Of a stretch of DNA of 64,000 bases, positions 8,864 through 20,014 are shown one piece after another. The notes under the pieces are model-generated. The model ran no database searches, was not told where the DNA came from, and worked only from the letters and a program-made list of their open reading frames with translations. The position numbers and the translations under genes were made by a program. The stretch lies in the NCBI GenBank assembly GCA_963783185.1, contig CAWAMT010000008.1, positions 126,827 to 190,826 of the forward strand, written 5' to 3'. Each line of letters begins with the position of its first letter. Position 1 is the stretch's first letter. The stretch comes from an uncultured Gammaproteobacteria bacterium. GTDB taxonomy: Bacteria; Pseudomonadota; Gammaproteobacteria; Steroidobacterales; Steroidobacteraceae.

Positions 8864-10504
8864 TTGAGCGATCCACGTCAGCTGCGTTGTGTCATGGCGC
8901 AGCTCAATTTGGTCGTCGGCGACGTGGAGGGTAATACCTCACGAATCATCGCCGCGGCGAACCAAGCGCGCGATCAGAGCGGCGCCGATGTGGTGATGCT
9001 GCCTGAACTTGCCGTGTCCGGTTATCCACCGGAGGATTTGCTGTTCCATTCGGGCATGCGCACGCAAGTAAACAACTCGATCGTCCGGCTGAAAACCCAC
9101 GTGCGGGGAATCACTTTAATTGCGGGCTATCCGGAATACGATGGGGAGCGCATTTTCAATTCGGCCATCGTGATCCGCGACGGTGCGGTCCTCGCCAATC
9201 ACCGCAAGGCCTGCCTACCGAATTACCGAGTATTCGACGAGAAGCGCTATTTCACACCCGGTACCGAACCCACGGTGGTCGAATTGAAGGGAGTGAAGGC
9301 GGGGATATTGGTATGTGAGGACGTGTGGGATCCCGAGCCCGCCGACCGGGCGCGCCGCGCCGGCGCAGAAGTGCTGCTCGTCATCAATGCCTCGCCCTAC
9401 GAGGTAAACAAGCAAATCCAGCGTGAACAGGAAGTCGGCCGCGAGCGAGTGCAAGAGACGGGAGTTCCACTGGTGTTCGTCAACTTGATCGGCGGCCAGG
9501 ACGAATTGGTGTTCGACGGAAATTCCTTTGTCCTCGATAAAAAGGGCGAAGTCACGATGCGGGCTCCGGCATTCACCGAAGGCATGTACGTCGTGGATCT
9601 AGCGCGCGGCGATGGCGGGGAAATCGTGCCATTGCCCGGCGCTATCGTGCCGCTGCAGGGGCAAGAGGAAAGTGTGTACGGCGCTCTAGTCCAAGGCACG
9701 CGCGACTATGTGGACAAGCATCGCTTTCCGGGTGTGGTCTTGGGACTCTCCGGAGGCGTTGATTCTGCCCTGACCCTGTGCATCGCCGTCGATGCGTTGG
9801 GAGCGGATCGAGTGCACTCAGTGGCGATGCCGTCGCGGTACACCTCGCAGATGAGCCGGGACGATGCCGCAGAGCAGGCGGGTTGGCTCAACGTCAAGCA
9901 TAGCGAGATTTCCATCGAGGGCATGTTCGAGGCGACATTGACCGCCTTGAAGGCCGAGTTCGCGGGGCGGCCGCCGGATACCGCCGAGGAGAACATACAA
10001 TCGCGCTGCCGCGGCGTGCTACTGATGGGCATCTCGAACAAGACCGGCCGCATGTTGCTCACCACCGGCAACAAGAGCGAGATGGCGGTGGGCTATGCGA
10101 CATTGTACGGCGATATGGCCGGCGGCTTCGCGCCCATCAAGGATTGCAGCAAGCTGTTGGTATACCGGCTCTGTGCCTGGCGCAACGCCCAATCCCGGGT
10201 GATTCCCGCGCGAGTCATCGAACGGCCGCCCTCGGCGGAACTGAGACATGATCAAAAGGACACCGACAGCTTGCCGCCCTATGAGGTTCTCGATCCCATC
10301 CTAGAGGCCTTCATCGAAGATGATTTATCGGTCGATCAGATCGCGGCGCGCGGCTTCGACCGCAAGACCGTCGGACGCATCCTCGATCTCGTGAAGCGCA
10401 ACGAGTACAAGCGGCGCCAGGCGCCGCCCGGCGTGCGTGTGAGCGGCCGGGCATTCGGACGAGATTGGCGCTACCCGATCACCAGCGGCTATCGTTCGCA
10501 TTAA
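8864..10504 (+). CDS. nadE: glutamine-dependent NAD+ synthetase
   Basis: N-terminal CN-hydrolase domain (LAQLNLVVGD...LPELAVSGYP...ICEDVW) plus NAD synthase domain (GLSGGVDSA...SGGVDS motif). TTG start at 8864; alternative ATG at 8894. Confidence 0.9.
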   Translation: MSDPRQLRCVMAQLNLVVGDVEGNTSRIIAAANQARDQSGADVVMLPELAVSGYPPEDLLFHSGMRTQVNNSIVRLKTHVRGITLIAGYPEYDGERIFNSAIVIRDGAVLANHRKACLPNYRVFDEKRYFTPGTEPTVVELKGVKAGILVCEDVWDPEPADRARRAGAEVLLVINASPYEVNKQIQREQEVGRERVQETGVPLVFVNLIGGQDELVFDGNSFVLDKKGEVTMRAPAFTEGMYVVDLARGDGGEIVPLPGAIVPLQGQEESVYGALVQGTRDYVDKHRFPGVVLGLSGGVDSALTLCIAVDALGADRVHSVAMPSRYTSQMSRDDAAEQAGWLNVKHSEISIEGMFEATLTALKAEFAGRPPDTAEENIQSRCRGVLLMGISNKTGRMLLTTGNKSEMAVGYATLYGDMAGGFAPIKDCSKLLVYRLCAWRNAQSRVIPARVIERPPSAELRHDQKDTDSLPPYEVLDPILEAFIEDDLSVDQIAARGFDRKTVGRILDLVKRNEYKRRQAPPGVRVSGRAFGRDWRYPITSGYRSH

Positions 10505-10545
10505 GAAGCGCCTGGCAGCGAAGGTGTGCCCGGCGGAGCCAGGGG

Positions 10546-11343
10546 CTAGCCGATGAGCTTCCACCAGTGCTTCTTTCGCTGGGTGTCTCTTGCGTTGGCC
10601 GGGTAATTGTCGGCGTACACGCGCTCCGCATTCGCCGCTAGTTCCGGCATATTGAGTTTCCGATAGGCATCGACGAGCACCTTGACGGAGCCTTGCACCG
10701 CGGGCGCGCCGTCATAATTATCGATGCAGAACTTGGCTCGATTGAGGGCGCCGACCCAGGCGCCGCGCCGCATGTAGTATTGTGCAACGTACAATTCGAA
10801 ATCGGCCAGGCGGTTGCGCAGGAATATCATGCGTTGCCTCGAGTCGGCCACATACTCGCTGTGCGGGTACTTTTTCAGCAACTCGTCGAATGCTTCGAAT
10901 GATTTCTTCGCGTTGACCGGAGGCCGCTTCGATAGGTCGACATTGAACCAGCGCTCCATGAAGTTCGCCTGGCGCTCGAAATACACTAGACCCTTCATGT
11001 AGTAGGCGTAATCGACTCGGGGATTGGTCGGGTTCTCGCGAATGAAAGTGTCGGCAGCGTCGATGGCCGGATCGACTTCGCGATTCTTATAGTAGGCGTA
11101 GATCAGATCGAGCTGCGCCTGGCGCGCAGGTTCGCTGAAAGGAAACCGAGATTGTAGTGTTTCAAGCTGTTTGATGGCTTCCCCATAGCTCGAATTCTTC
11201 ATGGCTTTCTGAGCACGGGCATAGAGTACTTCGGGCCCGGATTTGGCGTCGTCTCGATGGCTGCGGCAGCCCCCGGCCAGCACCGCGATGCTGATCGCGA
11301 ACAACAGAACGCCGCACGGACGGACAAGATCACGCAGTCTCAC
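10546..11343 (-). CDS. bamD: outer membrane protein assembly factor BamD
   Basis: GTG at 11343 preceded by aagga. MRLRDLVRPCGVLLFAISIAVLAGGC gives a lipobox, followed by TPR-like YfiO/ComL sequence (LYARAQKAMKNSSYGEAIKQLETLQSRFPFS...). The track ORF start at 11526 is an upstream extension. Confidence 0.85.
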   Translation of the reverse strand: MRLRDLVRPCGVLLFAISIAVLAGGCRSHRDDAKSGPEVLYARAQKAMKNSSYGEAIKQLETLQSRFPFSEPARQAQLDLIYAYYKNREVDPAIDAADTFIRENPTNPRVDYAYYMKGLVYFERQANFMERWFNVDLSKRPPVNAKKSFEAFDELLKKYPHSEYVADSRQRMIFLRNRLADFELYVAQYYMRRGAWVGALNRAKFCIDNYDGAPAVQGSVKVLVDAYRKLNMPELAANAERVYADNYPANARDTQRKKHWWKLIG

Positions 11344-11419
11344 AAGCAATTCCTTACAATGGGTGGACCCTAGGGCGCGGCAGTATACCCGATGCCCCGC
11401 CGCTAGCTTCGAGTGCCCT

Positions 11420-12408
11420 ATGAACGCAGAGTTCCAAGTCATCGACCTCGAAATCCCGGCGGAATTGGCGGGCCAGCGCCTGGACAGCGCGCTGGCGCGG
11501 CTTGCTGCCGGAACATTCACGCACACGCATCAAGGGCTGGATCGACGCAGGCCAGGTGCGGGTCGGCAGCCTGCCCTGCAAGCCCCGCGATTTGGCGATT
11601 GCAGGATCCCGCGTCCATGTGCGGACGAGCACCGAAGCGCCGATAACTGCCGTGTTGCCGGAAGCGATTGCGCTCAATGTGGTGTACGACGACCCTGATG
11701 TGCTGGTAGTGGACAAGCCAGTGGGGTTAGTGGTGCATCCCGGGGCCGGCAACCCGCAACATACTCTGCAAAACGCCTTATTGGGACTGGATCCCGCGCT
11801 GGCGGCATTGCCGCGCGCCGGCATCATCCATCGGCTGGACAAGGACACCAGCGGTTTGTTGGTCATCGCACGAACACCCGAAGCGCATACTGCCCTCAGC
11901 CGCCAGCTCCTGGTCCGCTCGGTGTCTCGCGAGTATCTCGCCGTGTGCGTCGGCGTCATGACCGCCGGAGGCACGATCGATGAGCCGATTGGGCGGCACC
12001 GCAGCGACCGGCTGCGCATGGCCATTCGGCAGGATGGACGGCCTGCGATTACCCACTACCGCGTGCTCGAGCGCTTTCGCGCCCATACCTTCCTCAGCGT
12101 CAGGCTCGAGACCGGGCGGACTCACCAAATAAGGCTGCATCTGGCGCACCTGCGGTATCCCATCGTCGGGGATCCGGTGTATGGCGGCCGCTTTGCACGC
12201 GCCAAGGGCGCAGGGGACGTGCTGGTCGACATTTTACGCGGTTTCAAGCGCCAGGCGCTGCATGCCGCCACGTTGGCCTTCGATCATCCACGTTCCGGTC
12301 AGCGCCTCACGTTGCAAAGCCCCCCGCCCAAGGATTTCGAGGAACTCCTCGTTGCCCTGCGCGATGACCTGCTGCGGTGCCCAGGACAAACGATTCGAGG
12401 GCGCGTAG
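11420..12408 (+). CDS. rluD: 23S rRNA pseudouridine synthase RluD (frame breaks near 11501 and near 12380)
   Basis: [28 protein letters not shown] in one frame continues as [20 protein letters not shown]... (S4 domain) in the next. Catalytic [11 protein letters not shown] motif. The end is inferred at TAG 12406-12408. Confidence 0.8.
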
Positions 12409-13182
12409 GTGGAGGTCGCTTGGCTCACGCCCGATTGGCCGGCGCCCCCAGCCGTGCGGCGCTCTGTCGACCCTGCGCGGCGGCGGGTCGAGCGTGCGCT
12501 CCCTATGCGTCTCTGAACTTGGGCACTCACGTCGGGGATGCGCCGGAAGCGGTCGCCTTGAATCGCCGGCGCCTGCGAAGCGCGGCCGAACTTCCTGCAG
12601 AACCTTCGTGGCTCGCCCAGGTGCACGGCACGCGTGTCGCGGACTTGGATGCTCCTGGGTCGGACGCTCGAGCGCTGGATACTCCCGGTGCGGCAGGTCC
12701 GGCCGATGCCGCCGTTACCCGCCAGCGTGGCCGGGTCTGCGCGATTCTCACCGCCGATTGCCTGCCGCTCCTGTTCGCGAGCGATTCGGGAGACGTCGTG
12801 GCCGCGGCGCATGCGGGCTGGCGGGGGCTTGCCGGCGGCGTGATCGAGGCGACGGTGCGGGCGCTGGCGGCGGCCCCGGAGAGCTCTGCTGGTCTGGCTG
12901 GGCCCCGCCATCGGCCCTCGGCATTTCGAGATTGGGGCCGAAGTCCGCGAGGAGCTGCTCGGGGCGACCCCGGGGCCGAGGCGGCTTTCGAGGCGAATGC
13001 GCGCGGCCGCTTCATGGCGGATTTGGCCGCGCTTGCGCGCCGGCGGCTCAAGCCGGCTCGGCATCGAGCGCATCTACGGCGGCGGCGAATGCACCTACGC
13101 CGACTCGGACCGGTACTTCTCGTACCGGCGCGACGGCAAGACCGGCCGGCAAGCCACCCTCATTTGGCTGCAGACGCCGTAA
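12409..13182 (+). CDS. pgeF: peptidoglycan editing factor PgeF / YfiH family (multiple frame breaks)
   Basis: GTG 12409: [17 protein letters not shown] | [12 protein letters not shown] | [26 protein letters not shown] sit in three successive frames (breaks near 12460 and 12497). Also ...TADCLPLLF...AAHAGWRG... and the C-terminus [27 protein letters not shown]. Confidence 0.75.
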
Positions 13183-13252
13183 AACCGTTGAATTGCCCGG
13201 CGCGAACCCCCACCTAGGAAGCATTCGACGAGCGACTCTCAAGGGCATTCTC

Positions 13253-15837
13253 ATGCGAATGGACAAGCTGACGACCAAATTCCAGGCGGCTCTGGCGGAT
13301 GCCCAGTCGCTCGCCGTGGGCCGCGATAATCAGTACATCGAACCGGTGCACCTGATGGCGGCATTGCTCGACCAACAGGGCGGCACCGCGCGTCCATTGC
13401 TGGAGAAGGCCGGCGCCAACGTGGCGAAGCTGCGCTCCGAGCTCGCGGGCGCGCTCGATCGCCTGCCCAAAGTCGAAGGGTCGGCGGCGAGGTGCTGCTC
13501 GGCAACGATCTCAACAAGCTGCTCAACGTCACCGACAAGCTGGCCCAGCAGCGCGGCGATCAGTTCATTTCCAGCGAACTGTTCGTGCTCGCGGCCTGCG
13601 ATGATCGCGGCGAACTCGGCCGGATATTGAAATCCTGCGGCGCGGCGCGCGCGGCGTTGGAGAAGGCGATCGAGGAAGTTCGCGGCGGCGCCAAGGTGGA
13701 GGATGCCGGCGCCGAGGAGAATCGCCAGGCGCTCGAGAAATACAGCATCGATCTGACCGAGCGCGCGAGCCAGGGCAAACTCGATCCGGTCATCGGCCGC
13801 GACGATGAGATCCGCCGCACCATTCAGGTCCTGCAGCGGCGCACCAAGAACAATCCGGTGCTGATCGGCGAGCCCGGCGTCGGCAAGACCGCCATCGTCG
13901 AGGGGCTCGCGCAGCGCATCGTCAATGGCGAGGTGCCGGAAGGATTGCGCAACAAGCGCATTCTCGCGCTCGACATGGGCTCTCTGATCGCCGGCGCGAA
14001 ATTTCGCGGCGAATTCGAGGAGCGCCTGAAAGCGGTGCTCACCGATCTGGCCAAGCAGGAAGGCCAGATCATTCTGTTCATCGACGAATTGCACACCATG
14101 GTCGGCGCCGGCAAAGCCGAAGGCGCAATGGACGCGGGCAACATGCTGAAACCCGCGCTGGCGCGCGGCGAGTTGCATTGCGTCGGCGCGACCACGCTCG
14201 ATGAATATCGCAAGTACATCGAGAAAGACGCGGCGCTCGAGCGGCGTTTCCAAAAGGTGCTGGTGGATGAGCCATCGGTGGAGGACACCATCGCGATTTT
14301 GCGCGGCCTCAAGGAGCGCTACGAAGTCCATCATGGCGTCGAGATCACCGATCCTGCCATCGTCGCAGCGGCGACGCTGTCGCATCGCTACATTTCCGAT
14401 CGGCAATTGCCCGATAAGGCCATCGATTTGATCGATGAGGCGGGCTCGCTGATTCGCATGGAAATCGATTCGAAGCCCGAAGCGCTCGATAAACTCGACC
14501 GGCGAATCATTCAGCTCAAGATCGAGCGCGAGGCGCTCAAAAAAGAAACCGATGAGGCATCCCGCAAACGCCTGAGCATGCTGGAGGACGCACTCAAGGG
14601 ATTGGAGAAGGAATACTCGGATCTCGAGGAGGTCTGGAAGGCGGAAAAAGCTTCGGTGCAGGGCGCCGCCCACATCAAAGAGGAACTGGAGCGAGCTCGC
14701 CAGGATCTCGATACTGCGCGGCGCGCGCAGGATCTGGGCCGCATGTCGGAGCTGCAGTACGGACGCATTCCCGCTCTCGAGCAGCGGCTCGCCAAGGCGC
14801 TGGAGGTCGAACAGAAACCCAACCAACTGTTGCGCAATTCGGTGACCGAAGTCGAAATCGCCGAGATCGTCTCGAAGTGGACCGGGATTCCCGTGTCGCG
14901 AATGCTCGAAGGCGAGCGCGACAAGCTGCTGCGTATGGAAGAAGTGTTCGGCAAGCGCGTCGTGGGCCAAGAAGAGGCGGTAAAAGCGGTGGCGGATGCG
15001 ATTCGCCGCTCGCGCGCGGGATTGTCCGATCCGAATCGTCCCAGCGGCTCGTTCATGTTTCTCGGCCCGACCGGCGTCGGTAAAACCGAACTCTGCAAGG
15101 CCCTGGCCGAATTCCTGTTCGATACCGAAGAGGCCTTGGTGCGCATCGACATGTCGGAGTTCATGGAGAAGCACTCGGTCGCACGCCTGATCGGCGCGCC
15201 GCCGGGCTACGTGGGCTACGAGGAGGGCGGCTATTTGACCGAAGCGGTGCGGCGCAGGCCCTACAGCGTCATCCTGCTCGATGAAATCGAGAAGGCGCAT
15301 CCCGACGTGTTCAACGTGCTGCTGCAGGTCTTGGACGACGGACGCCTCACCGATGGCCAGGGGCGCACCGTGGATTTTCGCAACTGCGTCGTGATCATGA
15401 CGTCGAATCTCGGCAGCCAAGTCATTCAAGAACTCGCCGGCGAAGCGAACTACGCGAAGATGAAGGCGGCGGTCATGGAGGTGGTCACTCAGCATTTTCG
15501 GCCGGAATTCATCAATCGCGTCGATGAAATCGTGGTATTTCATCCGCTCGGCCGCGAGCAGATCCGTTCCATCGTGGACATCCAGTTGGGGCGGTTGCGG
15601 CAGCGGCTGGCCGAGCGCGACATCCAGCTTCGGCTCGATGAGGCCGCGCGCGACAAGATCGGCGAGGCCGGCTTCGATACCGTGTACGGCGCGCGGCCTT
15701 TGAAGCGCGCCATCCAATCGCAGATCGAGAATCCTCTGGCGCAGCAGATTTTGCGCGGCGATTTCGTCGCGGGCGATCGGGTCGTGGCGAAGCTCAAACG
15801 CGACGGCTTGGTATTCGAGAAGGAGCGCCTGCACTGA
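13253..15837 (+). CDS. clpB: ATP-dependent chaperone ClpB (one frame break near 13482)
   Basis: [35 protein letters not shown]...LPKVEGS is followed in the -1 frame by (G)[35 protein letters not shown]. Two AAA+ modules ([18 protein letters not shown]). Confidence 0.92.
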
Positions 15838-15933
15838 GCTGCGCCCACACTGAGCTGCGTCATCGGCCTGCGGCTTCGTTATACTTTCTCGCGGGCCAAA
15901 ACATCGGGATGAAGGCGAGAATAAAGGAAACAC

Positions 15934-16488
15934 ATGCCTTTTTATGAGTATCAGTGCAACCACTGCGGCCACACGCTGGAGGCCATGCAGAAGGTCAGCG
16001 ATTCGCCGCTGAAGAAATGCCCGCATTGCGGCAAGTCTCAATTGCAGAAGCTGATGTCGGCACCCGTTTTTCGATTGAAGGGCGGCGGCTGGTACGAAAC
16101 CGATTTCAAGTCGGACCAGGATAACAAGCGCAATCTCGCGGATCGACCGGAGGCGGAGGCACCGAAGGAAGACAAGAAGGAAGACAAAAAGGAGACGACC
16201 GAGGCCGCCTCCAAGGATTCCGCGACGGCCGATTCGAAGCCCGACGCGGCGAAATCCAACGACAAACCCGCGGAAAAGACCACGGCTAAGCCTTCGGCAA
16301 CGGAGGCCGCGGCGAAACCGGCCGGTGCCGAGTGCTGCGTCGAACCGCGGCGGAACGTCCGCCCCGAAGAAGTCCCGATCGAGGCCGCCGGCCAAACGGC
16401 CGGTCCGGCCGGCTGCCAAAAGAAGCGCCGCGAAACCGGCGCGGCGGCGCTAGTCTCATCCGGCAGGGGCGCTGCGAAGCGCCGATAG
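15934..16488 (+). CDS. FmdB-family zinc-ribbon protein with low-complexity tail
   Basis: MPFYEYQCNHCGHTLEAMQKVSDSPLKKCPHCGKSQLQKL contains the CxxC...CxxC motif. The Lys/Glu/Ala-rich tail makes the 3' end uncertain. Confidence 0.7.
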   Translation: MPFYEYQCNHCGHTLEAMQKVSDSPLKKCPHCGKSQLQKLMSAPVFRLKGGGWYETDFKSDQDNKRNLADRPEAEAPKEDKKEDKKETTEAASKDSATADSKPDAAKSNDKPAEKTTAKPSATEAAAKPAGAECCVEPRRNVRPEEVPIEAAGQTAGPAGCQKKRRETGAAALVSSGRGAAKRR

Positions 16489-16563
16489 CCGGCCGCTTTG
16501 GGCTTGCTCGCGCCCGCCCTAAGCCTTAGCATCGCGCGCTTTCCCTTTTGTGGTTCGAAGCTT

Positions 16564-18341
16564 ATGCGCACTCATTATTGTGGTCAGGTCGGCGAGTCGT
16601 CGATCGGCAAGGTCGTCACGGTGGCCGGTTGGGCGCATCGGCGCCGCGATCACGGCGGCGTGATATTCGTCGACTTGCGGGACCGCGAGGGGCTGCTGCA
16701 GATCGTGTTCGATCCGGACACCGCCGAGGTTTTCGCCAGGGCGGAGCGCGTACGCAATGAATTCGTGCTCAAGGTCACCGGCGTCGTGCGCATGCGCCCG
16801 AGCGGGACGGCGAACCCCAATTTGAAGTCGGGGCAAGTCGAGTTGCTGTGTCAAACGCTCGAGATCCTGAACCGCTCCGAGCCGCTTCCTTTTCAGCTCG
16901 ACGAGCACGTCAGCGAGGAGGTGCGCCTGCGTTTTCGCTACATCGACCTGCGCCGCGAAGAGATGCGCGAGCGCTTGCTGCTTAGGCATCGCATTACGCG
17001 TGCCATGCGCCACTACCTCGATGATGCCGGTTTCGTCGATATCGAAACGCCGATGCTCTCCAAGGCGACGCCCGAGGGTGCGCGCGATTACTTGGTGCCA
17101 AGCCGCACCCATGCCGGCAAGTTTTTTGCGTTGCCGCAGTCGCCGCAGATCTACAAGCAATTGCTGATGATTGCAGGCTTCGATCGCTACTATCAGATCG
17201 TGCGCTGTTTCCGCGATGAGGATTTGCGCGCGGATCGTCAACCGGAGTTCACCCAGCTCGACATCGAGACCTCCTTTCTCGACCAGGCGCAGATTCAGGG
17301 GTTGATGGAAGGATTGGTGCGGTTCTTGTTCAAGCAGGTGCTCGGCGTGGAACTGCCAAACCCGCTGCCCCGCATGACATATGCCGAAGCGATGCGCCGT
17401 TACGGATCGGATAAACCGGATCTGCGCGTGTCTTTGGAATTGGTCGATGTGGCCGATCTCGTTGCGGGCTGCGATTTCAAAGTCTTCGCCGGGCCGGCCG
17501 CCGATCCGAACGGGCGCGTGGCGGCGTTGCGCGTGCCGCAGGGCGGGAAGCTCACGCGCAAAGAGATCGACGACTACACGGGTTTCGTGGGCGCGCTTCG
17601 GCGCCAAGGGGTTGGCGTACATCAAAGTGAACGAAGCAGCCAAGGGGCGCGACGGATTGCAATCGCCGATTTTGAAATTCTTGAGCGATGCGGCCGTTGC
17701 CGGAATTCTCGAGCGCACGTCGGCGGCGAGCGGCGATCTGATTTTCTTCGGCGCGGACACCGCGCAAAGTGGTGAGCGACGCGCTAGGGGCACTGCGCCT
17801 GAAGGTGGGACAAGATCTCAAACTTGCCGCGCCGGGATGGCGGCCGCTGTGGGTGGTCGATTTTCCGATGTTCGAGTGGGATGCCGATGGGCGTCGCTGG
17901 GCAGCCATGCATCATCCTTTCACGAGCCCGGTGAATTTGGACGCTGCCGCGCTTGCGGCCAATCCGGGCCAAGCGGTCGCCAAGGCCTACGATCTCGTGC
18001 TCAACGGTTCGGAAATCGGCGGCGGTTCGGTGCGTATTCACTCGCAGGAACTACAGTCGGCCGTGTTCGATTTATTGGGTATTTCGCCAGAGGAAGCGCG
18101 GCTCAAGTTCGGTTTCTTGCTCGACGCGCTCAAGTTCGGTGCCCCGCCCCACGGCGGCATCGCCTTCGGACTCGATCGGCTGGCCATGCTGATGGCCGGC
18201 GCAGACAGCATCCGGGATGTCATTGCATTTCCGAAGACCCAGACCGCTGCCGACCTGTTGATGGATGCGCCCACGGAGGTGAGCGAGGCGCAGCTTAAGG
18301 AATTGCACATCCGCCTACGCGTTCCGCCCAAGGTCGAGTAG
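16564..18341 (+). CDS. aspS: aspartate--tRNA ligase (frame breaks near 17595 and 17768)
   Basis: MRTHYCGQV...[40 protein letters not shown], then ...[12 protein letters not shown]... and ...[13 protein letters not shown]...MHHPFTSP...GGGSVRIH...GLDRL in shifted frames. Confidence 0.92.
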
Positions 18342-18344
18342 ACG

Positions 18345-18773
18345 TTGCAGCCGTTTCGACGCCCGGAATCGGTGCTGATCGTGATTTACACTGCCGGCGG
18401 CGAATTTCTGTTGCTGGAGCGGCGTAAACCCCCGGGTTTTTGGCAATCGGTAACCGGCAGCCTCGAGTGGGGCGAGAGCGCGGACGATGCGGCACGCCGA
18501 GAGCTCAGCGAAGAGACCGGCATCGTGCAAGGCTTTTTGCGCAATCTCAACTGGACGCAGGTGTACGAAATTTTGCCGTCGTTCGGCAAGAAATATGCGC
18601 CCGGCATCACGCGAAATCTGGAGCACGCCTTCGCGTTGAAGCTCTTTGGGCGCGTGCCGGTCACCTTGAGCGAGCACGAACACGTACACTATCGTTGGGT
18701 GTCGGCGGACGAGGCCATGGAGACCGCTTCATCGAGCACCAATCGCGCCGTCATCCAGCAGTTACGACACTAG
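18345..18773 (+). CDS. nudB: dihydroneopterin triphosphate diphosphatase (Nudix)
   Basis: RPESVLIVIY...FWQSVTGSLEWGESADDAARRELSEETGI (Nudix box) and YAPGITRNLEH. Conserved position immediately after aspS. TTG start. Confidence 0.8.
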   Translation: MQPFRRPESVLIVIYTAGGEFLLLERRKPPGFWQSVTGSLEWGESADDAARRELSEETGIVQGFLRNLNWTQVYEILPSFGKKYAPGITRNLEHAFALKLFGRVPVTLSEHEHVHYRWVSADEAMETASSSTNRAVIQQLRH

Positions 18774-18786
18774 GCAATTCGAATCA

Positions 18787-19446
18787 ATGAGCGCGATGGT
18801 CGTGTATGTGCACGGACTATGGTTCAACGGCTGGGAGTCCGCCAGACTTCGTCGCAGCCTTTCGCGCGAACTGGGATGCGAGACCTGCATTTTTCCTTAT
18901 TCTTCGATGTCCGGGCACATGGCCGCAAATGCCTTGTCACTGGCGCGATTCCTGTCGACAACGCAGGCGGACACCTTGCATCTGGTCGGCCACAGTTTGG
19001 GCGGCCTGGTCATTTTGGAATGCTTTGCGAATGCGCTATTGCCGCAGCGCTTGCCCGACAACGCCACGTCGTTGCCGCCGGGGCGCGTCGTGCTCTTGGG
19101 CTCTCCGGTGCGCGGCAGCATTACGGCGCAGCGCCTGGCACAACTCCCTTTCGGAAGAACCCTCCTTGGGTCGGCCGCGGCCGACGTTTTGTTGACGTCG
19201 CGGGAGCGCAGCTGGAATGGCGCGCGTGAATTGGGAACTGTCGCCGGGGATGTGCCTCTCGGCCTCGGCCGGCTGCTCGGATCGTTCGACGCGCCGAACG
19301 ACGGCACCGTGTTGGTCGAGGAGACGCGCATCGAGGGCGCCAAGGAGCGCCTCAGCTTACCCGTGACTCACAGCGGCATGGTGTTTTCAGCGGCGGTGGC
19401 GCGGCAAATCGCCGCATTCTTGAGGGATGGCTGCTTTTCGCGATGA
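18787..19446 (+). CDS. alpha/beta-fold hydrolase
   Basis: VVYVHGLWFNGW... and the nucleophile elbow GHSLGG. Confidence 0.7.
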   Translation: MSAMVVYVHGLWFNGWESARLRRSLSRELGCETCIFPYSSMSGHMAANALSLARFLSTTQADTLHLVGHSLGGLVILECFANALLPQRLPDNATSLPPGRVVLLGSPVRGSITAQRLAQLPFGRTLLGSAAADVLLTSRERSWNGARELGTVAGDVPLGLGRLLGSFDAPNDGTVLVEETRIEGAKERLSLPVTHSGMVFSAAVARQIAAFLRDGCFSR

Positions 19447-19476
19447 AGAAAGTTGAAGTAGCGCGGCCGCGCGCGC

Positions 19477-20013
19477 CTAGGAATCCAGCACACGATAAAA
19501 ATACGTGGTGTCGCAGAGTCCCCCGTGCGGCAGGAGCGCATAGCCGGGAACCACGCCGACTCTGATCCATCCTAACCGGGCATACAGCCGCCGCGCATCG
19601 TCGCTCGCTGTGTCGAGCACCAGCAGTGATTTCCCCAGCTCACGGGCGAGGTTTTCCGCGGCCCGTAAGAGAGCCGCTCCCACACCTCGGCGCCGCGCTC
19701 GAGGGTGGACCAGCATTTTCGACAGGTCGGCTCGGTGAGGCTGGTTCTCCGGTTGATCGACGATCAACTGGACCGTACCCATGATGCCCCTCGCATCCTC
19801 CGCGACGAGCAGCAAGCGCTCCCCTCGCTCTACTTCGTCGGCCACACGATGCCAGAAGGCCGACGCCTTGGCCACGCTCAGCGGACTCATGAAGTTCACC
19901 GACGCGCCACTGTCCACGCATTCGATCAACACATCACTCAGATCTTGAAGCTCTGCATCGGTTACGGTGTTCAAATGCCGAACGGTGTAGTCCGGAGCGC
20001 TCTTAAGCGGCAT
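19477..20013 (-). CDS. GNAT-family N-acetyltransferase
   Basis: Acetyl-CoA binding motif HPRARRRGVGAALL, plus ...LVLDTASDDARRLYARLGW. Confidence 0.8.
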   Translation of the reverse strand: MPLKSAPDYTVRHLNTVTDAELQDLSDVLIECVDSGASVNFMSPLSVAKASAFWHRVADEVERGERLLLVAEDARGIMGTVQLIVDQPENQPHRADLSKMLVHPRARRRGVGAALLRAAENLARELGKSLLVLDTASDDARRLYARLGWIRVGVVPGYALLPHGGLCDTTYFYRVLDS

Positions 20014-20014
20014 T

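Noticed and set aside
11502-13217. 571-aa ORF taken as an RluD-PgeF fusion protein
   Set aside because: The apparent fusion arises from frame breaks. RluD and PgeF motifs are each distributed over different frames, and a TAG/GTG junction at 12406-12411 fits two separate genes.
15832-15859. 12-nt direct repeat cactgagctgcg (15832-15843 and 15848-15859) spanning the clpB stop
   Set aside because: It is short, has only two copies and has no associated structure. It is most likely a slippage duplication or chance.
13330-16419. 1029-aa minus-strand ORF, the longest in the track
   Set aside because: It is antisense to clpB. Its low-complexity Arg/Leu/Ala-rich translation has no recognisable domain, whereas the plus strand encodes a textbook ClpB.
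16519-17793. 424-aa minus-strand ORF
   Set aside because: Antisense shadow of aspS.
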